Shown here piece after piece: positions 51,019 through 60,323 of a DNA stretch of 64,000 nucleotides. Position 1 is the first letter of the stretch, and the number at the start of each line of letters is the position of its first letter. The position numbers were made by a program, and so were the translations under genes. The DNA is from a virus: the IMG/VR virus record IMGVR_UViG_3300025849_000009. One strand, written 5' to 3'. Under the pieces are notes generated by a model. That model was given only the letters and a program-made list of their open reading frames with translations, was not told the origin of the DNA and ran no database searches.

Positions 51019-51050
51019 AAAAAAAAGAGAGGCAAAAAGCCTCTCTTTTA
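51019..51050 (-). terminator. Rho-independent terminator
   Basis: AAAAGAGAGGC-AAAAA-GCCTCTCTTTT. Confidence 0.75.
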
Positions 51051-51081
51051 ATAAAATTAATTTATTTGATTACATTTCGCC

Positions 51082-52953
51082 TTATTCAGGGCTTGTAGTT
51101 AATGTTCCAGTATATGTTCTATCTCCTTCTAGTTGAGTATGTGGTATTTGTACTCTTATAGCACTTTGATTAACAAGATGTTGTTGAGCAACACCTTGTA
51201 ATTCTAGACGTGCTTCTGATGTATCAGTAATAGCCTTTCCGTCTCTTCTAACAATCCATAAGAAATGGTTAGTAAAAGTTTCTTTACTTGCCGCAGGTGT
51301 TCTAAATAATGTTAGATCATCTTCTTCATTTCTACTACTACCTGTACCTGAAACTATTTTATAATTTGGATCCTGTGAAGCTTCTTCAAAGTTCCATGTA
51401 GTTGTGTATTTGGCCTCCGCATCTGGCGTTGCAGTTGGATCTGGTTGTGGAACTGGCGTTGCAGTTGGATCTGGTTGTGGAACTGGCGTTGCAGTTGGAT
51501 CTGGTTGTGGAACTGGCGTTGCAGTTGGATCTGGTTGTGGTGTTGGCTCCGGAGAATCTCCTGGACAATCAGCCACTGCTACTACAGCACCTCCTCTAAT
51601 TTTAACTTTTAATTTTGGAGTTCCATTATCTCCTACATCATACCATCTATCACTACCATCAAAAGGCACACTTGTTTCAATGTCTTGCCATAATTCATCA
51701 CCTATATTTAATTGCATTGGATCTGATTTATCACTAGTGTATATTGGATGTTTTAGATCTTCACATGCTTCTTCTTTCTCAACATCACCTAAACCATCAT
51801 TTACGTTTACTCCAAATGTATACACAGGTTCATCAGGTTGTGGCGTTGCAGTTGGATCTGGTATAGCTGTCGCTGTAGGATCTGGAATTGCAGTTGCAGT
51901 CGGATCTGGAACTGGCGTTGCAGTTGGATCTGGTTGTGGAACTGGCGTTGCAGTTGGATCTGGAGCCGGAGTTCCATCAGCACAACATACTGTTATTGTT
52001 CCTGTCATACTTGCATGTGCAGTACACACATATGTGTATGTTCCAAATGCATCTTGTGGTACTTTCCACACTAAATCCGCATTTTCAATAACTGGTAAAC
52101 TACCGCTAACAATTCCTGCAGCGATATTACCGTTTTGACTAAAAATATTCAATGGATGTCCTCCAGTAGATCTTCTAAATGTATAAGTTTCACCTTTACA
52201 TACATATAAATTAGGATTTCTATTGTTAACAACATTTTCATATTCTGAATCTTGACCTACTTTATAGAATTCTGCTCCTTCAGACCAGAAATCTAATAAA
52301 TTTAGTGCTCCATCAACTCCTGAAGTTCCAGCTTGACCATCAACTCCTGAAGTTCCAGCTTGACCATCAACTCCTGAAGTTCCAGCTTGACCATCAACTC
52401 CTGGAGTTCCAGCTTGACCATCAACCCCTGAAGTTCCAGCTTGACCATCAACACCTGAAGTTCCATCTTGACCATCAGCTCCAATGCCTGTTTCTATCCA
52501 ACATCCCATTGGATCAGCAGATATTCCTATATCGGCCGCTGTTTTTTGTACAGCAGTAAACCCGTTTGCTGGCGTTGCACCCTCAGAACAATATGTTCCT
52601 GCAGGATCAATTCTTAATGCTCTTTCCCATTCTGGCATATTAATCCAATCAGCTTCAAGTAAGTCTCCTTGGTTTCCAGCAAAACCAACAGGAATTAAAT
52701 TAAAAAATTGTCGCGTCTTTGTTATAAAAACCATCATACCAACTCTTCTTCTACCTGATGACCAAAGGTCATCTGATAAAGTAAAACCTGTATATGCTGA
52801 ATTTCCATTTTCAAAACATGTAATTGAAGGTAAATCATTTTCATGATATATTTCTTGATATCCTCCCTTCTGTGCGATGGAATGTATTATTCCATCAGTC
52901 GGCGCAGATGCTGAAAGAAAGTTTAGTCTTTGTATTCCTTGTGGTAATGCCAT
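51082..52953 (-). CDS. Modular virion protein: shared N-terminal anchor, short collagen, cupredoxin-like domain, Pro-Thr linkers
   Basis: [13 protein letters not shown]...RRRVGMM; GQAGTSGVD repeats; GHP...YVCTAHASM; PDPTATPVPQ repeats. Confidence 0.8.
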   Translation of the reverse strand: MALPQGIQRLNFLSASAPTDGIIHSIAQKGGYQEIYHENDLPSITCFENGNSAYTGFTLSDDLWSSGRRRVGMMVFITKTRQFFNLIPVGFAGNQGDLLEADWINMPEWERALRIDPAGTYCSEGATPANGFTAVQKTAADIGISADPMGCWIETGIGADGQDGTSGVDGQAGTSGVDGQAGTPGVDGQAGTSGVDGQAGTSGVDGQAGTSGVDGALNLLDFWSEGAEFYKVGQDSEYENVVNNRNPNLYVCKGETYTFRRSTGGHPLNIFSQNGNIAAGIVSGSLPVIENADLVWKVPQDAFGTYTYVCTAHASMTGTITVCCADGTPAPDPTATPVPQPDPTATPVPDPTATAIPDPTATAIPDPTATPQPDEPVYTFGVNVNDGLGDVEKEEACEDLKHPIYTSDKSDPMQLNIGDELWQDIETSVPFDGSDRWYDVGDNGTPKLKVKIRGGAVVAVADCPGDSPEPTPQPDPTATPVPQPDPTATPVPQPDPTATPVPQPDPTATPDAEAKYTTTWNFEEASQDPNYKIVSGTGSSRNEEDDLTLFRTPAASKETFTNHFLWIVRRDGKAITDTSEARLELQGVAQQHLVNQSAIRVQIPHTQLEGDRTYTGTLTTSPE

Positions 52954-52985
52954 TTTTTATTATTTATTTTTATTTTATTTTATAA

Positions 52986-54908
52986 TTATGCTACATAAAC
53001 TACAGATAATGGACCATCACCCTGTGGTCCAGTTCCAGTCATTGGAACGGTGTTTAATTTATATAAAGTATAAGGAACTCCGTTTGGTCCAACAAATGCT
53101 AATGAAGCTGAACAGTTATCTGCTGGTGCTCCATCTAATTCCAATCTTTTCTCAACTGTTAAATCACCTATTCCCATTGTATCAGGAATTGCTAACCAAT
53201 AGAAGTTGGATGCAACACTAATTGGTATTATGAAGCTAGTACCATTTGCTATCGCAGGTAAAGTATTTACCTGTTCATATGATCCAGGGTTAGCTAACAT
53301 ATCTGCGAATGATTCATCGTAATTAGCAGCTACATTATTATCAGCTTTATATAAAGTTCCTCCAATTAGATCTTGTGCGTAAGGATATCCTCCTGATCCT
53401 AAGTGGAAGTAATATGCATCAGCTTGTTCTGGTGCTGGCGTTGCAGTCGGAACTGGAGTTGCAGTCGGATCTGGTATAGCTGTCGCTGTAGGATCTGGAA
53501 CTGGCGTTGCAGTCGGAACTGGAGTTGCAGTCGGATCTGGTATAGCTGTCGCTGTAGGATCTGGAACTGGCGTTGCAGTCGGATCTGGTATAGCTGTCGC
53601 TGTAGGATCTGGAACTGGTGTCGCTGTAGGTGGAACTGGCGTTGCAGTTGGTATTGCAGTCGGAACTGGCGTTGCAGTCGGATCTGGAATACATTCTGTC
53701 CATCGTTGTACACTAGTAGCTATACCTTCAGATCCTATAGTAACCCAATAGTAATTCGTTTCTTCTGATGTTGGAGATCCAGAATTCCACCAAAGGAATC
53801 CACTATTTGTAAAGTATTGTGTCCCTTGTTGATCTGCGTAAAATACGTTTCCAACTTCAGGCATAGTTAATGCTTCATCTTGATCAGTCCATAATACATA
53901 TGGTCTCGCTTCGTCTCCTGCTTGGTGAGATACTCCTGAAATATATTGTGCATTACAGAAGAAATCGCGATGTTCTTCTTCGGTCTTATTAAGTAATCCA
54001 TTTATGAATTCCTCAGGTTCACCTGCCATTAGATTCCATCCACTAACAACCTTTCTTTGTGGTTGTAATAATAATGGTGTTGGCGTTGCAGTTGGTTCAG
54101 CTGTTGGAACTGGCGTTGCAGTTGGTTCAGCTGTTGGAACTGGTGTCGCAGTTGGATCTGGTATAGCTGTTCCAATCGCTGTAGCTGTACATTCAATTGC
54201 TACACCTGCATTAGAATATGCATTACCATTTGAATCAGTTTCAGGAACAATTATTGTTGCTGTATATGTATTACTACCAAGTACGTATTGTGCCGGCACA
54301 AGACCTGTAGCATTACCACCACTTTCAAATACCACACCATCACCTACAACCCCATCACTTACGGATAGTTGAGCTGTTGCACAATCAAATGTTGGAGATG
54401 GTATAGCTGTCGGAACTGGTGTTGCAGTTGGATCTGGTATAGCTGTCGCTGTAGGATCTGGAACTGGCGTTGCAGTTGGATCTGGTATAGCTGTCGCTGT
54501 AGGATCTGGAACTGGCGTTGCAGTTGGTACTGCAGTCGGAACTGGCGTTGCAGTTGGTATTACAGTCGGAACTGGCGTTGCAGTTGGTACTGCAGTCGGA
54601 AATGGTGTCGCAGTTGGCGAAGGAATATTGGCGTTAACAGTTAAAACATTAGTAAAAGTTTCACAACCGTTTCCGTCGACTATTTTTATTTTATAATCAC
54701 CTGCAACAACTCCACTGTTACCTGAATAATCTGTAGCGTTTCCAAAAGTAAATGAGTTTGATACAACTGAATTTACAGGATTTTGAAACGTCGGATATGC
54801 GTTTTGTGGTACAGGTAAATTATTCCCTGCGTTCAATAAAGTATACTGGTAAGGTCCGACTCCTCCAGATACTGTTACTGATACTGTTCCATTTGTAATG
54901 TTTGCCAT
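52986..54908 (-). CDS. Pro-Thr-rich modular virion protein with N-terminal SprB-like repeat
   Basis: VSGGVGPYQY...GDYKIKIVDGNGC; three PTATP/PTATA repeat blocks separating small domains. Confidence 0.75.
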   Translation of the reverse strand: MANITNGTVSVTVSGGVGPYQYTLLNAGNNLPVPQNAYPTFQNPVNSVVSNSFTFGNATDYSGNSGVVAGDYKIKIVDGNGCETFTNVLTVNANIPSPTATPFPTAVPTATPVPTVIPTATPVPTAVPTATPVPDPTATAIPDPTATPVPDPTATAIPDPTATPVPTAIPSPTFDCATAQLSVSDGVVGDGVVFESGGNATGLVPAQYVLGSNTYTATIIVPETDSNGNAYSNAGVAIECTATAIGTAIPDPTATPVPTAEPTATPVPTAEPTATPTPLLLQPQRKVVSGWNLMAGEPEEFINGLLNKTEEEHRDFFCNAQYISGVSHQAGDEARPYVLWTDQDEALTMPEVGNVFYADQQGTQYFTNSGFLWWNSGSPTSEETNYYWVTIGSEGIATSVQRWTECIPDPTATPVPTAIPTATPVPPTATPVPDPTATAIPDPTATPVPDPTATAIPDPTATPVPTATPVPDPTATAIPDPTATPVPTATPAPEQADAYYFHLGSGGYPYAQDLIGGTLYKADNNVAANYDESFADMLANPGSYEQVNTLPAIANGTSFIIPISVASNFYWLAIPDTMGIGDLTVEKRLELDGAPADNCSASLAFVGPNGVPYTLYKLNTVPMTGTGPQGDGPLSVVYVA

Positions 54909-54946
54909 TATTTATCTTTGTTTTATTTATTTATATATTCATTTGT

Positions 54947-55645
54947 TTAGTAATATCCTCCACCTGAACCAGAGCCTGAACCTGAACCAGAACCTGAACC
55001 AGAGCCTGAACCAGAGCCTGAACTGTCTGTTGGTGATGGTGTTGGAATTGGACCTGAACCTCCTGAACCGGAACCTGAACCTGAACCTCCACCTGAACCA
55101 GAACTAGAACCTGAGCCATTATTTGGTGGCGTAATTCCTGCACCTCCACCTGAACCTGAGCTTGTCGCAGTATTTGAATTTGTTGTTCCTGTACTATTTA
55201 CACCAAATATATCACAACTATCAATACTAGGGCTAGTTTCTGATAAAGTAATTATAAATGCGCTACAGTCTCTTACTGTAGTATCTGTGATATTTGTACC
55301 ACTTATATAAAATTCCGCACAATCATATATAGGAGTTATCCATATATACTGATCTTCACCATAACCTGCAGCTACATATCTGTCGTAATCAGTATCTGTA
55401 ATTTTAATCTTGTGAAAAATTAATGATTTTCCTATCTCATCATCACTTAATGAAAGATCTTCGTTAAGTCCAAAGATTCTCCACCCTGCAACTGTTTGTT
55501 GATTATAAAGTAAATTATAATCCATCTCATCGTGTGTGAGTGCTCTACCTAATGTGTGTGGATGTAATGGAAACCATTTCCCATTAATTAAATTTCTATG
55601 AAGACCGTGTATAAAATTGTAATTTTCTATGTTGCCGCTATGCAT
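54947..55645 (-). CDS. Putative structural protein with Gly-Ser tail
   Basis: [12 protein letters not shown] resembles the G-x-x-L-T-x-x-E-x-D-x-N fibre-attachment motif; C-terminal (GS)n. Confidence 0.6.
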   Translation of the reverse strand: MHSGNIENYNFIHGLHRNLINGKWFPLHPHTLGRALTHDEMDYNLLYNQQTVAGWRIFGLNEDLSLSDDEIGKSLIFHKIKITDTDYDRYVAAGYGEDQYIWITPIYDCAEFYISGTNITDTTVRDCSAFIITLSETSPSIDSCDIFGVNSTGTTNSNTATSSGSGGGAGITPPNNGSGSSSGSGGGSGSGSGSGGSGPIPTPSPTDSSGSGSGSGSGSGSGSGSGSGGGYY

Positions 55646-55694
55646 GTTAACACTTTTCTTTTTTTTATATATTCAATTTTTTAATCTTCTCGAA

Positions 55695-56249
55695 TTAAAT
55701 ATCGTAGTTTTGAGTTAGATAGTAATGTTTAGTTATTAATTCTGTGTAAAAATCATTAGAAACTATTGTTGTATAATCACAGGGGTTAACATAATTACCT
55801 TGTATTTGAATATATGCTTCACATTCATAGTTTTCTTTAAGAAATTCTAATCTTTTATTTCCTGTAAATACTTCTTGAATTTTTTTAACGCTCAGTTGAT
55901 TTAATTCAGCTTTTTGACCAGATTCAAATATCTTACGCATATTATTTACAAATATAGCATATTTAGCTTCTTTTTGTGTTTTTAAATCTTTTTTTCTAAC
56001 TTGAAAAGACAATAATCTTTGAATACTTTCTTGATTAGTTCCACAATCACATTCTGGATTAAAATGATAATACGCAAGATCTTCATCTATGTGTCTCTTA
56101 AGATCAGCTAACGTTTTATATCTTAAATTAGTTTTAGTACCATAAAAGGCATCTCTGTTAAATAATATGTCAGAAACTTTTCCGTCATTATCATTTACAA
56201 ATCTAAGTGCTCTATATGCACTAACTAAAGAAATTCTATCAAATATCAT
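55695..56249 (-). CDS. Hypothetical protein
   Basis: 184-aa ORF in operon. Confidence 0.55.
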   Translation of the reverse strand: MIFDRISLVSAYRALRFVNDNDGKVSDILFNRDAFYGTKTNLRYKTLADLKRHIDEDLAYYHFNPECDCGTNQESIQRLLSFQVRKKDLKTQKEAKYAIFVNNMRKIFESGQKAELNQLSVKKIQEVFTGNKRLEFLKENYECEAYIQIQGNYVNPCDYTTIVSNDFYTELITKHYYLTQNYDI

Positions 56250-56635
56250 TATTGGCTAGTTAAATTTGTTATCATATAAGCTATTACACCAACTGTTGTA
56301 GTAAATAGTGTCCAAAATACTTTTGTAAAAGTAGATTTCCATTTTACTAAATCTTTATGTTGATCAACTAATCTTTCATAATCTCTTTCGTCCCTTTCTT
56401 GTTGTTTTCTCCACTGTGTGTTTTTAGAAATTTCAACAATTGCGCCATCATATGGATTAAGTAGCCTTTTCTTAAGCTCTGATACATCCTCTTTCATGTC
56501 ACTTTGGTTATCAATCACTTGTTTGATTGAAGCTTCCAGCTGAACATAATTAGGATCTTCCATTTTAGCCTTAAGACTTGAAAATGCTTCTAATAATTCT
56601 TTTACTAATTCACTGTTTGATTTATCGTTTGCCAT
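56249..56635 (-). CDS. Coiled-coil protein with C-terminal TM helix
   Basis: Heptad-rich N-terminal part, hydrophobic VFWTLFTTTVGVIAYMI. Confidence 0.6.
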   Translation of the reverse strand: MANDKSNSELVKELLEAFSSLKAKMEDPNYVQLEASIKQVIDNQSDMKEDVSELKKRLLNPYDGAIVEISKNTQWRKQQERDERDYERLVDQHKDLVKWKSTFTKVFWTLFTTTVGVIAYMITNLTSQ

Positions 56636-56636
56636 A

Positions 56637-57377
56637 TTAGAATGGTTTATTTTTATCTTTATTTTCTAGTTGCCCTTTAATCCAAAGTTTTCCTAGTGGA
56701 TTTTTAACTGGTTTAGCAATTTGTTTAGCAATTTGTTTTTCTATCTGATCTAAAATATCACCTCCATATTCAGAATTATCTACAATTAACATGTTGCCTG
56801 CTCCAAATAATTTTTGAAATTTACCTAAGTTATCTTGAACCTCTTTCCACATCTTTTTAACCATCTTGTCTTCAAGTTGACGATCTCTCATTCTGTTTCT
56901 GTCTAATGCAATATCTAATGATGTATTTACAAATACCATATAACAATCATATCCCATATCACGATATAAAGCTCTATGTCCTTTTATTTTATCAAAGTTT
57001 TTACCAGTACCGTCAATTACTTGACCTAATTTTCCACCTAAATAATTATTTTGCATTCTTTTAGTAAGTCCTTTAGCCTTATCTCTGATTACCATTACTT
57101 TTTCCCATTCTTCTGGATCTTTGGCTAATTTAGCTAAATCAGCAGGACTATAACCTGCTTTTTTTAATCCGGCTTCAAATGCATTATCATTATTAACCAG
57201 TTTTAATCCAGTTGCATACGACACCGAACTTACTACTCCCTTTGGAAAATTAAAAAGTTCTGTAGCAACATATGATTTACCAGAACCTGGTCCACCTGCC
57301 ATAAAGAATGCCTTAAGAATTCCTTGATCATGAATACCTTCATCAATAAATTGTTCAAATAATTTTATTATCTTCAT
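56637..57377 (-). CDS. P-loop kinase (zeta-toxin/AAA_33-like) with KLFEQF leader
   Basis: MAGGPGSGKS, VIDGTG, FVNTSLDIALDRNRMRDR; N-terminal MKIIKLFEQFIDE. Confidence 0.75.
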   Translation of the reverse strand: MKIIKLFEQFIDEGIHDQGILKAFFMAGGPGSGKSYVATELFNFPKGVVSSVSYATGLKLVNNDNAFEAGLKKAGYSPADLAKLAKDPEEWEKVMVIRDKAKGLTKRMQNNYLGGKLGQVIDGTGKNFDKIKGHRALYRDMGYDCYMVFVNTSLDIALDRNRMRDRQLEDKMVKKMWKEVQDNLGKFQKLFGAGNMLIVDNSEYGGDILDQIEKQIAKQIAKPVKNPLGKLWIKGQLENKDKNKPF

Positions 57378-57411
57378 AATAGTTAACTGTGATTTATAAT
57401 CTATATATCAT

Positions 57412-57446
57412 AAAAAAAAGAGGTACCTTTAAAAGTACCTCTTTTT
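57412..57446 (-). terminator. Rho-independent terminator
   Basis: AAAAAGAGGTAC...GTACCTCTTTTT. Confidence 0.75.
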
Positions 57447-57470
57447 AGATTAAATAATTTTACTAAAATA

Positions 57471-59252
57471 TTATAGTTCCCAGATCATCACTGTACCCGC
57501 GTCATAATATTCACTGTAATATCCTCTTTTGTTTAGTTCGTTTTCCCACTTATTAAGTACACCAAATGTGTAATTTTTGTAATCTTCAGAATAATAATCG
57601 TAAATTCTTTTTCCTTTGTACATATCACCGTCTTCAGCAGAAGCCCATAATCCACCTTCTGTTCCATCAAATTCCTCTGAAGTACTTAAAAATCTCAAAT
57701 GTTTAGATGCAAATTCTTTTATTTTTTCTAAACTTACTTTAGCTTCGTTTACTGATTCATCTATACCTTTGATTTTCTTTTTGACTATCATTGTAATACC
57801 ACCTAAATCCTTCGCCCATTTTTCAGCATCTTTCTTATCTGCATATGCAGCAGTTGTTACTGGCTTTACACCTTTCTTTGGTGAATGTAATACAACATAA
57901 GCTTCATTTACTGATTCCATTGCAGCTTCAATGTCCCATTGAATTCTTTGTAATGGATCTTCGCCTCTATTACTTCTTTTAACAAAATCAATAAGTCCCG
58001 GCTCATGCTTTGCATTTTGTGCCATTTCGAAACCGTAACTTGAATCTTGTCCACCACCATCATTGTCATATGCTAAATCAGAAACCCACTTGTCATATTT
58101 TCTTTGGTTCCATTTTACTTTCTTAACCTTTTTTGCATGTGGTCCATCTCCTAAAGAAGAGACTGCTGCATCATAAGATCCGGGTGTAAACACACCTAAA
58201 TAAGTTCCATCACCATATTTAATTTCTTTTCTAAATCTTCTTAGAGAATATTCACCACCTTCAATTTGTTTACGTTTTGTTACTTCTCCTTGTCTGTAAC
58301 CTATTTCAATCTTTTTCTCTTCGGCAGTTTTAGGATCTATTTCAAAATGTAAAGATTTAACTAGGTCTGCAATACCACTGAATTTATCTTCGTTGATATT
58401 TACATAATCATTAAATGTAGGGAATAAATTATTAGATTCATACCAACCATGTTCGTAATCTTCATCATCATCATAATCTTCATCATAATCAGGTTCTTGA
58501 TACCATGATTGATTTGGATCAGATTCAGATTCTTCGCTAAAGTCATGTCTTTTCCAATCAAATTTTGGATTTTCAACTAATGCAGGAAATAAAACTTTAT
58601 TACCTTTTGCTTTAGTTTTTATTTTCTTACCTTTAGGATCAAAAGCTAAGGCAATACCTATATCTCTCATTTCTGCTTTACCCATTGCTCTAATAGCTTT
58701 AAGTACTGCTTTATCTTCTAAATCTTCTTCTGTAAAACCATTCATTTTGGCTAATAACTCATAATAATCCATATTACCAAATACACCATAACCATCATAT
58801 TTCTTTTCATGCCACTGATTACCTTCGTTATCAAACATGTATACATCAATAGTGTTTTCTCTCTCAGAACCGATTTGTACATCAGTATCGTAAGTCATCC
58901 ATGAGAATTGACCTTCATTAACTACTGATTCGTTTTCAGGTAATGCTCTTTTGTATTGTGATTGTAATTCTTTAAATTCCGCTTTAAGTTTAGAAGGAAT
59001 TCTTTTCTTAATACCCCAGTTATCACCAAATATTAATGGAGCAACAGCTCCCATTCCAGCAGTTTTAACCTGCTTTTCGTATTTTCTAGCATAGACTGAT
59101 CCATCGAACCAATCTAACGCAGCTTGTGCCATTTCCTTAGAAATTTTAACACCTTCTATTTCAGAAGTACTACCTTTAACTACCATTTTAAATAGTGTTT
59201 TAGCAGGAGCTTGTTTTGCCTCGTTTAATTCACTGATTGATTTAATTTTCAT
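57471..59252 (-). CDS. Multi-module putative head-internal polyprotein
   Basis: Unrelated modules separated by ELNE, ESVVNE, NINE, ESVNE and ESVNE linkers. Confidence 0.65.
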   Translation of the reverse strand: MKIKSISELNEAKQAPAKTLFKMVVKGSTSEIEGVKISKEMAQAALDWFDGSVYARKYEKQVKTAGMGAVAPLIFGDNWGIKKRIPSKLKAEFKELQSQYKRALPENESVVNEGQFSWMTYDTDVQIGSERENTIDVYMFDNEGNQWHEKKYDGYGVFGNMDYYELLAKMNGFTEEDLEDKAVLKAIRAMGKAEMRDIGIALAFDPKGKKIKTKAKGNKVLFPALVENPKFDWKRHDFSEESESDPNQSWYQEPDYDEDYDDDEDYEHGWYESNNLFPTFNDYVNINEDKFSGIADLVKSLHFEIDPKTAEEKKIEIGYRQGEVTKRKQIEGGEYSLRRFRKEIKYGDGTYLGVFTPGSYDAAVSSLGDGPHAKKVKKVKWNQRKYDKWVSDLAYDNDGGGQDSSYGFEMAQNAKHEPGLIDFVKRSNRGEDPLQRIQWDIEAAMESVNEAYVVLHSPKKGVKPVTTAAYADKKDAEKWAKDLGGITMIVKKKIKGIDESVNEAKVSLEKIKEFASKHLRFLSTSEEFDGTEGGLWASAEDGDMYKGKRIYDYYSEDYKNYTFGVLNKWENELNKRGYYSEYYDAGTVMIWEL

Positions 59253-60033
59253 TTTTATCGTATGTTTTTATATGATCAATTATCTCGGTGTTTGTTAACT
59301 TTTGGTCCCAACGTATAAAGAATGCTGTTTCATATGGATGAGAACCTATCATTTCATATATTGAAGCAATATGAACTTTATCCAAGTCATCAGATTCTTT
59401 CTCGCTATTAGTTACATGAGAACGTAATCCTTTAAAATTATATATCTTATTAAATTTAAGATCACTCTCCTTATGATTTAACGACTTAGAACCATAGTAT
59501 TCCAGATGATATCCTAACTCTTCTAGAGGAGTTATCATATTATCCTTATGATTCTTTATGGTTTTCTTGTTAGGTAGTCCAGCTTCACCATAAAAACATA
59601 TGGCTATCTGTTTTGACCATTTAGATACAGTATCTGAGCATACACCTAGTACACCTTCAATTTTATCCGTGTCATATACTATTGTACCTTTAGCATAATC
59701 ATTATTATTAGACCATGCAAATCCCTGAGAAGTCATAGCTATTGAATCTAATTTGTTATAAAAGAAATTTAATGGTTTGGCATTTTCTAATAAGAATGAA
59801 AATGTCGGGGCATTCATGCAATTTATCCATAGATAATCGGCATTTTTAATTATCCATTCCCATGAGACTTCATTTTTAGGACCGTCTTGTCCTAAAAAAC
59901 ATTTGTCATGAATATACCATAAATCTATTTTTACATTATATCCTTGATCTATTGTAGAATCTATATAATCTGGCGTATTTTCTAAAAGTGAATTAGGGCC
60001 AGTAATATTACCTCTGTTAGAGATTAATAACAT
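59242..60033 (-). CDS. GDPD/PLC-like phosphodiesterase homologue (apparently inactive) fused to a second domain
   Basis: ISNRGN..G....ENTPDYI, GYNVKIDLW, TSQG, GVCSD; C-terminal IAICFYG domain. Confidence 0.6.
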   Translation of the reverse strand: MLLISNRGNITGPNSLLENTPDYIDSTIDQGYNVKIDLWYIHDKCFLGQDGPKNEVSWEWIIKNADYLWINCMNAPTFSFLLENAKPLNFFYNKLDSIAMTSQGFAWSNNNDYAKGTIVYDTDKIEGVLGVCSDTVSKWSKQIAICFYGEAGLPNKKTIKNHKDNMITPLEELGYHLEYYGSKSLNHKESDLKFNKIYNFKGLRSHVTNSEKESDDLDKVHIASIYEMIGSHPYETAFFIRWDQKLTNTEIIDHIKTYDKNEN

Positions 60034-60045
60034 GATGTTTATTAT

Positions 60046-60282
60046 TTATACGTCTAGTTTGTTAGAAGTTTCAACCTTTTTACGAGATCGCCACCGAAAT
60101 AAGATAGCCAATCCAAAGAATAATCCCGCCATAACATACATAACTAAATTGGCGTACCAAAGACTTCCAGTGATTGTCGTTAGCCAATATTGGATTACGT
60201 CGAACCCAAGAGGGTTGAAAAATAGAGCTATCATCATGCTCCAATTTGCTAGGCGGCTTGCTAAGTTTTTCGGTATGTCCAC
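60046..60282 (-). CDS. Small membrane protein
   Basis: Two hydrophobic segments and a basic tail. Confidence 0.5.
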   Translation of the reverse strand: MDIPKNLASRLANWSMMIALFFNPLGFDVIQYWLTTITGSLWYANLVMYVMAGLFFGLAILFRWRSRKKVETSNKLDV

Positions 60283-60323
60283 GACTATCTCCTTCCATTA
60301 TTTTAAAATACGATTTACTATTA

